DNA of 49,902 bases from Escherichia phage Tls, in the sequence record AY308796.1. One strand, given 5' to 3'. This document shows positions 18,045 to 27,900 of the stretch, piece by piece (positions within the stretch are counted from its first letter, which is position 1; each line of letters begins with the position of its first letter). The translations under genes were made by a program, and so were the position numbers. The notes under the pieces are model-generated. The model made no database searches. It had not been told where the DNA came from and saw only the letters and a list, made by a program, of their open reading frames with translations.

Positions 18045-18707
18045 ATGCACTTACCTAACGGAGCACAGATTTTTATTGAGAATACTCGCGCACAGGCAGT
18101 AAGCGCAACCAACGTAAGCAATGCAACCAAACCTGAATTCACGCTTGAAAGCGGCGGCGATGCATTCAATAAAGGTGATTACATTATCGTTACCGCATCA
18201 AGTTGGGGTAAATTGCTTGATCGCGTTCTACGTGTGACGGAGGCTGAATCAACTAAGGTTACTGTTGAAGGTATCGACACAACCGATACTAACGTTTTTC
18301 CGGCTGGATCTGTAACTGCGAGCTTTGCAAAAATCAACGGTTGGACAGAGATTCCATGCGTACAGGACTTGGGGCAGGACGGCGGCGAGCAGCAGTATTA
18401 CAATTACCAGTGCTTAAGCGATGACCAGGAGCAGCAGTTACCAACCTATAAAAGCGCGGTATCACTGACTTACACATTTGCGCATGAATACGATAACCCG
18501 ATTTATCCGCTCTTGCGTAAGGCTGACGAATCCGGCGACGTTAAAGCATTGCGCATGTATGTACCAAAAGCGAAAGAAATGCGCCTTTGGGCTGGTGTGC
18601 TTTCTTTCAACGAGATCCCACAAACGGCGGTAAACGAAATGGAAACCGTTTCTTTGTCGGTATCCCTGAAAGGTCGCTTTACTTTCCTCCCTGCTAACCA
18701 GGATTAA
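18045..18707 (+). CDS. major tail protein (putative)
   Basis: 220 aa; strong SD aaaggggg; immediately upstream of chaperone and tape-measure genes; followed by terminator. Confidence 0.6.
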   Translation: MHLPNGAQIFIENTRAQAVSATNVSNATKPEFTLESGGDAFNKGDYIIVTASSWGKLLDRVLRVTEAESTKVTVEGIDTTDTNVFPAGSVTASFAKINGWTEIPCVQDLGQDGGEQQYYNYQCLSDDQEQQLPTYKSAVSLTYTFAHEYDNPIYPLLRKADESGDVKALRMYVPKAKEMRLWAGVLSFNEIPQTAVNEMETVSLSVSLKGRFTFLPANQD

Positions 18708-18712
18708 TATTA

Positions 18713-18738
18713 AGGGGCGCATTGCGTCCCTTTTTTAT
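18713..18738 (+). terminator. rho-independent terminator (aaggggcgc attgc gtccc ttttttat)
   Basis: Read directly. Confidence 0.65.
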
Positions 18739-18778
18739 TTGATGTAATATCACCTCAATATTTAACCACTCAGGAGAA

Positions 18779-19099
18779 ATGACAATGGCTAAAATGAAAT
18801 TGACTCTTGCCCCGCTTCCAGATTTCAAACTTCCAGTTAAATTTGTATTGCCGGATGGTAACGAGCAGAAAATTGTGTTACCGTTTAAGCATAAAAAGGC
18901 CAGCGAGATTCAAGAGCTTTACCAGAAAGAAGGTATTAAAGATCCTGAATTCATCATGAATGTTGCCGTTGGTTGGGATCTGGAAGAAGAATTCAACGAA
19001 GAAAACGCTCAACTGTTAGTTGATTATTATCCTGGCGCGGCGCTGGCTCTTATGGGATCTTATTTAAGTGCGCTGGCAGGGCAACGCGTAAAAAACTAA
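18779..19099 (+). CDS. tail assembly chaperone (lambda gpG-like)
   Basis: Position before tape measure; ends at slippery heptamer A AAA AAC followed by hairpin. Confidence 0.65.
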   Translation: MTMAKMKLTLAPLPDFKLPVKFVLPDGNEQKIVLPFKHKKASEIQELYQKEGIKDPEFIMNVAVGWDLEEEFNEENAQLLVDYYPGAALALMGSYLSALAGQRVKN

Positions 19100-19416
19100 A
19101 ACGGGCGGTTTATCTGTATTACCAGAAACCGCCGACAGATGCAGAATTGCAAGCCGTAGGATTAACCCGCGCAGACTATGAAGGAGAAGATCCGCCAGAG
19201 GTCATATTTGATGAAAGTATGATGCAATCATGGGATATATTTTGCGCGATGGGTACACAGTGGCGTAGTGCTGGCGCTGGTGCTTACGGTTTTGATTATA
19301 ATGTTTTGCCTATGTTATTCAGAATCTATAAAATAGACGATGAAGAAATGGCCTTAAATGACTTGCGCATCATGGAACAAAAAGCACTGGAAATGATGCA
19401 AGCAAATAACAAATAA
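18779..19416 (+). CDS. tail assembly chaperone, frameshift-extended isoform (gpGT-like)
   Basis: A -1 slip at 19090-19096 continues in the frame of ORF 19147-19416, which has only a TTG start. Confidence 0.5.
19090..19133 (+). other. programmed -1 ribosomal frameshift signal (slippery A_AAA_AAC 19090-19096 plus hairpin 19104-19133)
   Basis: X_XXY_YYZ heptamer in zero frame 6 nt before stop; 8-bp stem ggcggttt/aaaccgcc; -1 frame opens into ORF 19147-19416 with no stop. Confidence 0.6.
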
Positions 19417-19440
19417 AGCGCCTACGGGCGCTTTTTTTAT
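19417..19440 (+). terminator. rho-independent terminator (agcgcc tac gggcgct ttttttat)
   Basis: Read directly. Confidence 0.65.
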
Positions 19441-19526
19441 GAGGGTAAAATATATGGCTGAACAATTTGCAGGTTTAACACTTGGCGTTAACGTCGAGCA
19501 GTTAAACAGGGCTGTAAAGTCATTGC

Positions 19527-22364
19527 ATGACTTTTAAAAAAGCAAACGACGAAGCAAAGAAAGGCGTTGAGAGCTTTGTTAATGAGGAAGAAATTGCAAA
19601 GCAAAGAGCAAAACAATTAGCTGATGAATTGGCGAAACAGAGCCGTGAATTTAAACGCATTCAGGACACTGTTGATCCGACAGCGGCGAAAATGCGCAAG
19701 CTATCCCAGGCCGCAAGTGATCTTGATAAGCTATGGCAAAAGGGAATTGTTCCCGATGAAACGTTTTTCCAGTTGGGGAGTATGCTGGAAACTCAGATCA
19801 GTAAGCTGGAGCGTAATAAAAAGGCGTTAACGGAAGAAGGCCGCGCAGCACTTGAGGAATCAAAAGCCAAAGAGAAAGCAGCGTTAGCCGGAAAAACTTT
19901 CCTTGCGGATCTGGAATCGCAAGCCGCCGCTCTTGGAAAAACAAAAGCCGAATTGCTGGAAATGAAAGCGGCGCAACTTGGCGTAAGTGCTCAGGCAGCG
20001 CCATTTATCGCACAGCTTAAAGCGCAAGAAAAACAGATGAAGTTAACCGGAATTAGCGCGGGGCAATATAACCAGGCCATGCGAATGCTTCCGGCTCAGA
20101 TCACTGACGTTGTAACGTCGCTGGCTTCCGGTATGCCTGTTTGGTTGGTTGCAATCCAGCAGGGTGGACAGATTAAAGATTCTTTCGGCGGTGTTGGTAA
20201 TACGTTTAAAGCGCTGTTGTCGTTTCTGAATCCGGTAAACGTTGGCCTTGCCGCATTAGCCGTTTCAATGGGTGCTCTTGTTAAGGCTGGTTATGATGCG
20301 TATAAATCGCAACGTGACTTGCAAGAGGCGTTGGTGCTGACTGGTGGATATGCTGGCACAAGCGGCGCACAGTTCGATAAGCTGGCGCAGGACATTAATA
20401 ACAGCACTGATGCGACGATAGGAAACATCCGATCTATCGCAACAGAGCTTGCAAAATCCGGCAAGTTCACGATTGATCAGATTAAAGCAATCACGAAGAC
20501 TACCGCTCAGTGGTCAACTGTAACTGGTGAATCAAGCGACAAGATAACCGATTACTTTAATAAGATTGCTGGCGATCCGGTTAAAGGTCTTGCAGAGCTA
20601 AACGAGCAATTCAACTTTTTAAGCGAAGGGCAGTTAACTTATATTGCAGACCTGGAGAAAACGAAAGGCAAAACGGAAGCGGTAACGGCGGCGACAAAGT
20701 TATTTGCTGATGTTATGGATCAGAGATTAGCTAAACTGGCAGACTCCGCAACGCCATTAGAAAAGATGTGGACGAACATTAAAAAATGGGCGTCAGATGC
20801 ATGGGGTTGGGTTGGGGATCATACGCTGGCGGCGCTTAACCTGATTATTGACGTTGTAGCCGGAACCGTTGAGCAGGTTCGTTACTTGCTTAATCAGGGT
20901 GATATTCTCATTGGTGAGTTTATCGTGTCTGCAACAAAGGCTATGCAAAAAATACCTGGTCTTGATGGAGTTGGTGATTCAGTAATTGCACAGCAGCAAC
21001 AGATCATTAATAAATCAAAAGAGCAAAACAAGGAGTTATTAAAATCAATTGCCGAACGTAACGAGCGAGTCAAAAAAGGCGAGCAAGGTTACATTGACAT
21101 GATGAAAAATCGTGCGGCGGTTGAACAGCAATATGCTACTAAAACAAAGGAGAATATCAGGAAGGAAGCCGAGGAATTAGCCAAACGCGATAAAAAGCAA
21201 AAGGCTGAAAAAGTTAAAGTATCGGCTGGCGATAAGCTGGAAGAACAATATCAGCGTGATATCCTGGCTTTAGAAACTCAATTAAGAGTTTTGAAAGAGC
21301 ATAAGACGATCACTGATACCATAAGCCAGCAACGTAAATCTTTATGGGCTGAACAAGCTAAAATTCAGATTTTGCAAGAAGCCTCAACAAAGCGGCAACT
21401 TACTGATGAAGAAAAAAGCATTTTAGCCAACAAAGATAAGATCCTGGCGATGGCTGAACAAAAAGCCATTTTAGGCGATCAGATTGTTGCACAAACGCGC
21501 CTTAATCAGTTGCAAGATAGCTCAATCAAGTTTATCCAGCAGCAGAAAGCAGCAACGGAAGCACTAGCAAAAACCAGAGGGTTAAGCGAGCGTGAAGCAG
21601 CAAGAGAGGCGGAACGTGCAAAGGTTGAATCTGATTATCTTGCTAAGGGAGGACAGAAAGAAGATCCGCAACTTAAAGCCATGATGGATGCCTTAGACAA
21701 CCGATATAAAGAGGAAGATGCTAAACGCGCTGATTGGTTATCTGGCGCTAAAAATGCCTTTGCGGAGTATGGCGAGGAAGCAATGAACATGTATGATAAT
21801 ATCGGCAACATTGCGAGCCAGGCGCTAAACGGCCTATCGCAACAAATGGCTGACTTTTTGACTACTGGACAAGCCAACTTTAAAGACTTTGCAAAATCGA
21901 TCATTAGCCTTATTGTTCAGATGATCACAAAGATGATTATCTTCAATAGCATTTCCGGCATGATGGGCGGCTCAACCTGGACGCTTGGAAGCCTTTTAAG
22001 CGGTGCTGGTTTTGCTGGGGGCGGTTATACTGGCGACGGTGGCAAATATGATCCGGCTGGCGTTGTTCATAAGGGTGAGTTTGTTTTCACCAAAGAGGCA
22101 ACGCAAAGAATCGGAGCTAAAAACCTGTATCGCATGATGCGAGGTTATGCAAACGGCGGTCAAGTAGGAAGCGTGACAACTGGCGGCGCTGGCATCAATC
22201 GCGGCGCATCTCAATTTGCGTTTGGTGATATCAACGTTAACATTGACAACGGTCAAGATCCAAAAGGGATGGAAACTGGTATTAAGATGATTTTCACCGA
22301 AATGATTCAACGTTCATGCTCGCAAGGTGGCGAGGTTTATAATTTTGTTCATGGGAGGGCTTAA
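19527..22364 (+). CDS. tail tape measure protein
   Basis: 945 aa; Ala/Gln/Lys-rich helical N-terminal two thirds; Gly-rich hydrophobic C-terminal region; follows G/GT chaperones. Confidence 0.85.
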   Translation: MTFKKANDEAKKGVESFVNEEEIAKQRAKQLADELAKQSREFKRIQDTVDPTAAKMRKLSQAASDLDKLWQKGIVPDETFFQLGSMLETQISKLERNKKALTEEGRAALEESKAKEKAALAGKTFLADLESQAAALGKTKAELLEMKAAQLGVSAQAAPFIAQLKAQEKQMKLTGISAGQYNQAMRMLPAQITDVVTSLASGMPVWLVAIQQGGQIKDSFGGVGNTFKALLSFLNPVNVGLAALAVSMGALVKAGYDAYKSQRDLQEALVLTGGYAGTSGAQFDKLAQDINNSTDATIGNIRSIATELAKSGKFTIDQIKAITKTTAQWSTVTGESSDKITDYFNKIAGDPVKGLAELNEQFNFLSEGQLTYIADLEKTKGKTEAVTAATKLFADVMDQRLAKLADSATPLEKMWTNIKKWASDAWGWVGDHTLAALNLIIDVVAGTVEQVRYLLNQGDILIGEFIVSATKAMQKIPGLDGVGDSVIAQQQQIINKSKEQNKELLKSIAERNERVKKGEQGYIDMMKNRAAVEQQYATKTKENIRKEAEELAKRDKKQKAEKVKVSAGDKLEEQYQRDILALETQLRVLKEHKTITDTISQQRKSLWAEQAKIQILQEASTKRQLTDEEKSILANKDKILAMAEQKAILGDQIVAQTRLNQLQDSSIKFIQQQKAATEALAKTRGLSEREAAREAERAKVESDYLAKGGQKEDPQLKAMMDALDNRYKEEDAKRADWLSGAKNAFAEYGEEAMNMYDNIGNIASQALNGLSQQMADFLTTGQANFKDFAKSIISLIVQMITKMIIFNSISGMMGGSTWTLGSLLSGAGFAGGGYTGDGGKYDPAGVVHKGEFVFTKEATQRIGAKNLYRMMRGYANGGQVGSVTTGGAGINRGASQFAFGDINVNIDNGQDPKGMETGIKMIFTEMIQRSCSQGGEVYNFVHGRA

Positions 22365-22711
22365 TGTTAGATGAATTTACTTGGTGTACGCAGATTCAGA
22401 GCGGCGGCGGTGTAATGACAACCACCAATAACGACAGGGAAGTTGTTTTTGGTAACGGTTATCGCCAAAAGGCATCTTCTGGATTTAACACGGAGCGGAG
22501 GGAGTTTTCTATTGTTTACGCTGGCACTGATTATAAAAAAGTGAAAGCGTTCATGACGGATCACAGATTAAAGCCTTTCTTGTGGAGGATGCCGGATGGT
22601 GATTTAGGGTTGTTTACGGTTAAAGCCGGAACGGTAGGGCTAACGCCAATAAGCCCAACCGCTCAGGAAGTCAAAGCAACATTCACGGAAGAATTTACAT
22701 CCATGCGATAA
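22364..22711 (+). CDS. minor tail protein, lambda gpM-like
   Basis: 115 aa; FxW...VVFGNGYRQKA pattern matches the gpM family as I recall it; directly after tape measure. Confidence 0.75.
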   Translation: MLDEFTWCTQIQSGGGVMTTTNNDREVVFGNGYRQKASSGFNTERREFSIVYAGTDYKKVKAFMTDHRLKPFLWRMPDGDLGLFTVKAGTVGLTPISPTAQEVKATFTEEFTSMR

Positions 22712-22716
22712 ATCAA

Positions 22717-22741
22717 AGCCGCCATTGTGCGGCTTTTTTAT
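22717..22741 (+). terminator. rho-independent terminator (aagccgc cattgt gcggctt ttttat)
   Basis: Read directly. Confidence 0.65.
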
Positions 22742-22778
22742 TGTGTCTATAATGGTGCTTTATTGGAGGGCATAGAAT

Positions 22779-23537
22779 ATGGCTGAAAAACAGATCAAAA
22801 AGACTTTTGAAAATTGTCTGCAATCGCTTTTCCCTGGTGAAATAATTACGCTTGTTGAGGTTGACGGCACAAAATTTGGTGCGCAGGTTTACCGCTTTCA
22901 TGCTGAAAATATCGCGTACACTCCAGAGGAATTAATGCAAGCGCGTGAAACTGGAATATTGCCTCCGAAAGATATTAAATTTCGTGGCGAGGTTTACGGG
23001 GCGCGGCCTTTTGGGATTACTGGTATTGGCTTTACAAGTAACGGAAAGGCAGAGAAACCACAATTAGCGCTTTCAAATTTAGATAGCCGCGTATCTGCAT
23101 TAATCAGATCATATAATGGAATGATGCAAGCCAAAGTAACAATTTGGGTTACATCGGGTGATTTAATTGATGAAGAAGGAAACGTGGAGGACGGCGCATA
23201 TAGAAAGTTTGTTTATTATATTGAGCGTCCAAATTTTGTTAATCAGACAGTTGCACGTTTTGAATTAACATCACCTTATGATATGGATGGAATTATGATC
23301 CCGCCACGACTCACGCAAAGCGTTTGTTATTGGGCGCAAAGGGGATGGTATAGAAGCGGGAAAGGTTGCGGATATAACGGATCGGCAATGTTCGATAAAG
23401 ACAATAATCCGGTAACAGATCCGAGCAAGGATTATTGCGCCGGAACAGTGACAGCCTGTAAATTGCGCTTTGGCGCTCAAAATGAATTAGATTTCGGCGG
23501 TTGCGCGGTTGCATCACTATTGAGGAAAAACCAATGA
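22779..23537 (+). CDS. minor tail protein, lambda gpL-like
   Basis: 252 aa; C-terminal Cys cluster (CYW...CGYNG...C...C) as in gpL; synteny. Confidence 0.75.
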   Translation: MAEKQIKKTFENCLQSLFPGEIITLVEVDGTKFGAQVYRFHAENIAYTPEELMQARETGILPPKDIKFRGEVYGARPFGITGIGFTSNGKAEKPQLALSNLDSRVSALIRSYNGMMQAKVTIWVTSGDLIDEEGNVEDGAYRKFVYYIERPNFVNQTVARFELTSPYDMDGIMIPPRLTQSVCYWAQRGWYRSGKGCGYNGSAMFDKDNNPVTDPSKDYCAGTVTACKLRFGAQNELDFGGCAVASLLRKNQ

Positions 23538-24256
23538 TTAACGCAAAAATTAAACTTGAAATTATGCGCCATGCCAATGACGTTTACCCTAATGAATGTT
23601 GCGGCCTGGTAACTCAAAAATCACGCGTACAGAAATATCACCGGATCGACAACGTAAGCAAGGAGCCGGAAAAACATTTTGAAATGGACGCTGAACAATA
23701 TGCGGAAGTTGAGGACGGCGGCGCTGATATCATAGCGATAGTTCACAGCCACACAGGGGAAGGGGCAACAACAATCCCTAGCGCACACGATTTGTGCATG
23801 TGTGATGAAACTTGTGTTTCTTGGGTTATCGTTTCGATACCAGAAGGAGACATGAGAATCATAGAGCCACAATCACGGCCTTTGATTGGTCGCCCCTGGT
23901 CGCTTGGCGCTTATGATTGTTGGGGTCTTATTATGGCCTGGCATAAAGAGCAAGGCGTGATCCTGAATGATTTCAGAAAGCCTTATGAATGGTGGAAACC
24001 TGAATTTGGTGAAAACCTATATCAAGACAATTATTTGAAAGAGGGTTTTGTTGAAACTGGCGAACAACCAAAACACGGAGATATGATCATAATGCAGCTT
24101 CAAGCGCCAGTATGGAACCATGCCGGAATTTATTTAGGCAACAATCAACTATTACATCATGCATTCGGCAAGTTGTCGCGGGTTGATTTATATTCTGGAT
24201 GGTATCAGGAACACACAACAATGATTTGCAGACATAAGGATCTTAAAAATGAATAA
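23534..24256 (+). CDS. tail assembly protein, lambda gpK-like (JAB/MPN plus NlpC/P60)
   Basis: JAMM-like HSHTGEGATTIPSAHD; C-terminal Cys-containing DCWGL; ATGA overlap with gpL. Confidence 0.8.
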   Translation: MINAKIKLEIMRHANDVYPNECCGLVTQKSRVQKYHRIDNVSKEPEKHFEMDAEQYAEVEDGGADIIAIVHSHTGEGATTIPSAHDLCMCDETCVSWVIVSIPEGDMRIIEPQSRPLIGRPWSLGAYDCWGLIMAWHKEQGVILNDFRKPYEWWKPEFGENLYQDNYLKEGFVETGEQPKHGDMIIMQLQAPVWNHAGIYLGNNQLLHHAFGKLSRVDLYSGWYQEHTTMICRHKDLKNE

Positions 24257-24848
24257 TGTGATTAACGTAAAATTATCTGGCTCATTGGGTCGCCGCTTTG
24301 GTGTTTTCCATAAATATGCTGTTGATAGTTGGCCTGAATGCGTAAGGGCATTATCAAGCCAGGTTGAAGGATTCAAAGAATTTATGCAAAGTGAAATCGG
24401 ATCAAAGATGAAATTTGCAATTTTCGTTGATGGTAAAAATGTTGGCCTGAATAATGATAGCGAATGGCGTTGCGCTCGTGAGGTTAGAATCGTTCCAGTT
24501 CCAACCGGTTCAAAATCTGGAGGCTTATTTCAAGTTGTATTAGGAGCTGTAATTATGGTTGCTGCATTCTATACTGGTGGCGCTTCACTTGCTGCAATGG
24601 GGGCTTTTTCTTCATCAGCTTTTATGATGGGCGGTGCTATGGTTCTTGGCGGAGTAATGCAGATGATTAGCCCACAACAGGGAGGCATAAGAATGGAGAG
24701 TCAAAGCGCTGAAAATAAACCATCATATGCGTTTGGTGGTGCTGTTAATACTACGGCGGCAGGTTATCCGGTATGTTTACCATATGGTTATAGAACGGTT
24801 GGCGGCGCTGTATTCAGTGCTGGCTCATACGCAGAAGATAAACTTTAA
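24249..24848 (+). CDS. tail assembly protein, lambda gpI-like
   Basis: Position between K and J; Gly/Ala-rich hydrophobic C-terminal half. Confidence 0.6.
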   Translation: MNNVINVKLSGSLGRRFGVFHKYAVDSWPECVRALSSQVEGFKEFMQSEIGSKMKFAIFVDGKNVGLNNDSEWRCAREVRIVPVPTGSKSGGLFQVVLGAVIMVAAFYTGGASLAAMGAFSSSAFMMGGAMVLGGVMQMISPQQGGIRMESQSAENKPSYAFGGAVNTTAAGYPVCLPYGYRTVGGAVFSAGSYAEDKL

Positions 24849-24856
24849 TTATATAA

Positions 24857-24880
24857 ACCCGCCGTTGCGCGGGTTTTTTG
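24857..24880 (+). terminator. rho-independent terminator (aacccgccgttgcgcgggtttttt)
   Basis: Read directly; paralogue of 8722-8746. Confidence 0.7.
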
Positions 24881-24905
24881 TTACATGTACAATGGCAGCA
24901 CGTTT

Positions 24906-24927
24906 AAATAGCACAAAAGGTTAAAAG
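24906..24927 (+). promoter_or_regulatory. motif-like sequence AAATAGCACAAAAGGTTAAAAG overlapping the RBS of the J gene
   Basis: Matches the 22-nt motif in both half-sites but lies 3 nt from the start codon, so cannot be a promoter for J. Confidence 0.3.
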
Positions 24928-24929
24928 CT

Positions 24930-27900
24930 ATGATCAAAAATATGATAACTGGCAGTAAGGGCGGTTCTTCAAAGCCTCATACACCTGTTGAAATGGAAGA
25001 TAACCTAATTTCAATCAACAGGATCAGAATTCTTTTAGCCGTTTCTGATGGTGAAGTTGATCCAAACTTTTCATTGAAAGATTTATATTTTGATGACGTT
25101 CCGGTTATGAATCAGGATGGTTCACTAAACTTTCAGAATGTTAAGGCAGAATTCAGACCAGGGACGCAAACGCAGGATTATATTCAGGGCTTTACTGATA
25201 CAGCCAGCGAAGTTACTGTTGCTCGCGATCTGACAGCCGCAACGCCTTATATTATTTCTGTTACCAATAAAAACCTTTCTGCGATCCGTATTAAAATTTT
25301 AATGCCTCGCGGGGTTACTCAGGAAGATAACGGAGATCTAACAGGTGTTCGCGTTGAATATGCTGTTGATATGGCTGTTGATGGTGCTGAATATAAAGAG
25401 GTTTTGCATGATGTAATTGAAGGTAAAACAATGAGCGGTTACGACAGAAGCCGCAGAATTGATTTACCTGCTTTTAATGAGCGTGTTTTATTGCGCGTCC
25501 GTCGCCTGACAGATAGCACGTCAGCAAGGGTAACGGATCTGATTAAAATGCAAAGCTATGCGGAAGTTGTAGACGCTAAATTTCGTTACCCACTGACTGG
25601 TTTAGTCTACGTTGAATTTGATAGCGAATTATTCCCTAATGCGTTACCGAATATCAGCATTAAAAAGAAATGGAACATCATAAATGTTACGTCGAATTAC
25701 GATCCGATTAGCCGCACCTATTCAGGGGCATGGGATGGAACCTGGAAAAAAGCCTGGTCTAATAATCCGGCTTTTGTACTGTATGATTTAATTACCAATC
25801 AGCGTTACGGACTCGATCAAAGAGAGTTAGGCATCGCGCTTGATAAATGGAGCATTTACGAATGTGCGCAGTATTGCGATCAGATGGTTCCAGACGGTAA
25901 AGGCGGAACAGAGCCGCGATATCTTTGCGACGTTGTGATCCAGAGCCAAGTAGAAGCGTATCAGCTTGTGCGTGATATTTGTTCAATCTTCCGTGGCATG
26001 AGCTTTTGGAATGGTGAGAGCCTTTCAATCGTGATCGATAAGCCTCGCGATGCGTCATACATCTTTACTAATGACAACGTGGTTAACGGTGAATTCACTT
26101 ACACGTTTGCCAGCGAAAAAAGCATGTACACGCAATGCAACGTGACTTTCGACGACGAACAAAACATGTATCAACAGGATGTTGAGGGAGTTTTCGAAAC
26201 GGAGGCGGCGTTACGCTTTGGCTATAACAGCACGTCAATTACTGCGATTGGATGCACACGACGCAGCGAAGCCAACCGCCGTGGACGCTGGATTTTAAAA
26301 ACCAACGTCAAGAGCACAACGGTAAACTTTGCTACAGGTCTGGAAGGTATGATCCCAACCGTAGGAGATGTGATTGTTGTATCTGATAACTTTTGGTCAA
26401 GTGCTCTAACGCTGAATCTATCAGGTCGCTTGATGGAGGTTAGCGGGTTGCAGGTGTTCACGCCGTTTAAGGTAGACGCAAGAGCAGGTGATCGCATTCT
26501 GGTAAATAAGCCGGATGGTAAGCCAGTTGGTCGAACCATTGCGCGTGTGAGTGATGACGGTAAAACGCTAACGCTAAACACGACATTTGGTTTTGACGTT
26601 CAGCCGGATACCATTTTTGCAATTGAGCGAACCGATATTGCACAGCAACGATATGTTGTAACCGGAATCACTAAGGGTGACGGTGATGAAGAATTTACCT
26701 ACAACATAACGGCTGTTGAATACGATCCGAACAAATACGATGAAATTGATTATGGCGTAAACATTGATGACCGTCCGACTTCAATCGTGCAGCCTGACAT
26801 TTTGCCAGCACCGCAAAACGTCAAGATCGAATCTTATTCGCGAGTTGTCCAAGGCGCGAGCGTGGAAACAATGCATGTTTCATGGGATAAGGTTGAATAT
26901 GCAAGCCTTTATGAAATGCAGTGGAGAAAAGACAATGGCAACTGGAACAACACGCCGCGCACAGCCAACAAGGAAACGGAAGTTGAAGGAATTTATGCTG
27001 GTAACTATCACGTAAGGGTTAGATCTGTTGCAGCGAATGGTTCAGCGTCTGGATGGTCTGCAATCGTAAGTGCAGGATTAACCGGAAAAGTTGGAGAGCC
27101 GGAAAAGCCAATTAACCTTACAGCGTCTGACAATGAAGTTTTCGGAATTCGCGTAAAATGGGGTATGCCAGAAGGAAGCGGAGACACGGCCTATATAGAG
27201 TTGCATCAAGCGCCAAACGGTTCTGATGGTCATCCTATTGTTGATGAAGCAACGCTCTTAACGCTGATACCGTTCCCGCAATATGAGTATTGGCATTCAA
27301 TACTGCCAGCGGGTCATGTTGTCTGGTACAAGGCAAGGGCAGTTGACAAAATCGGTAACGTTTCTGATTGGACTGATTTTGTGCGCGGCATGGCTTCCGA
27401 CGATACGAGCATTATCACGGATCATATTAAGGTCGATATTGAAAATTCTGATGGCTATAAGTGGTTGCAGGAAAACGCAATAAAGACCAATGATAAGATC
27501 CACAGCACAGCGGAATCAGTGATTGAAAACGCATTAGCTAATGATAAAGATGTTCGACGTATGCGAGTTGAAAACGGAAAGCGTAAAGCGGAGTTCTTGC
27601 AATCGCTGAAACTCATTGCAGACGAAACAGAAGCCAGGGTAACACAGGTCACTCAAATGAGTGCGCAATTTGACGAGAAATTAACGGCTCAAAATAGCGA
27701 GTTGAGAGAGGTAATTGCTAACAGCACTGAAACCATTAGCCAAAGGATTAATCAGCTTACAGCTACGTTTGAGAGTGAAATTGATGGGGTTAAGCAGGAT
27801 ATCAAAGCACAGATAACTGATGTTAACCAGGCAATCACTAATGAAGCGGAAGCGCGAGCGTCAGCGGATAGGGCGTTATCAACTCAAATTGGAGATACCC

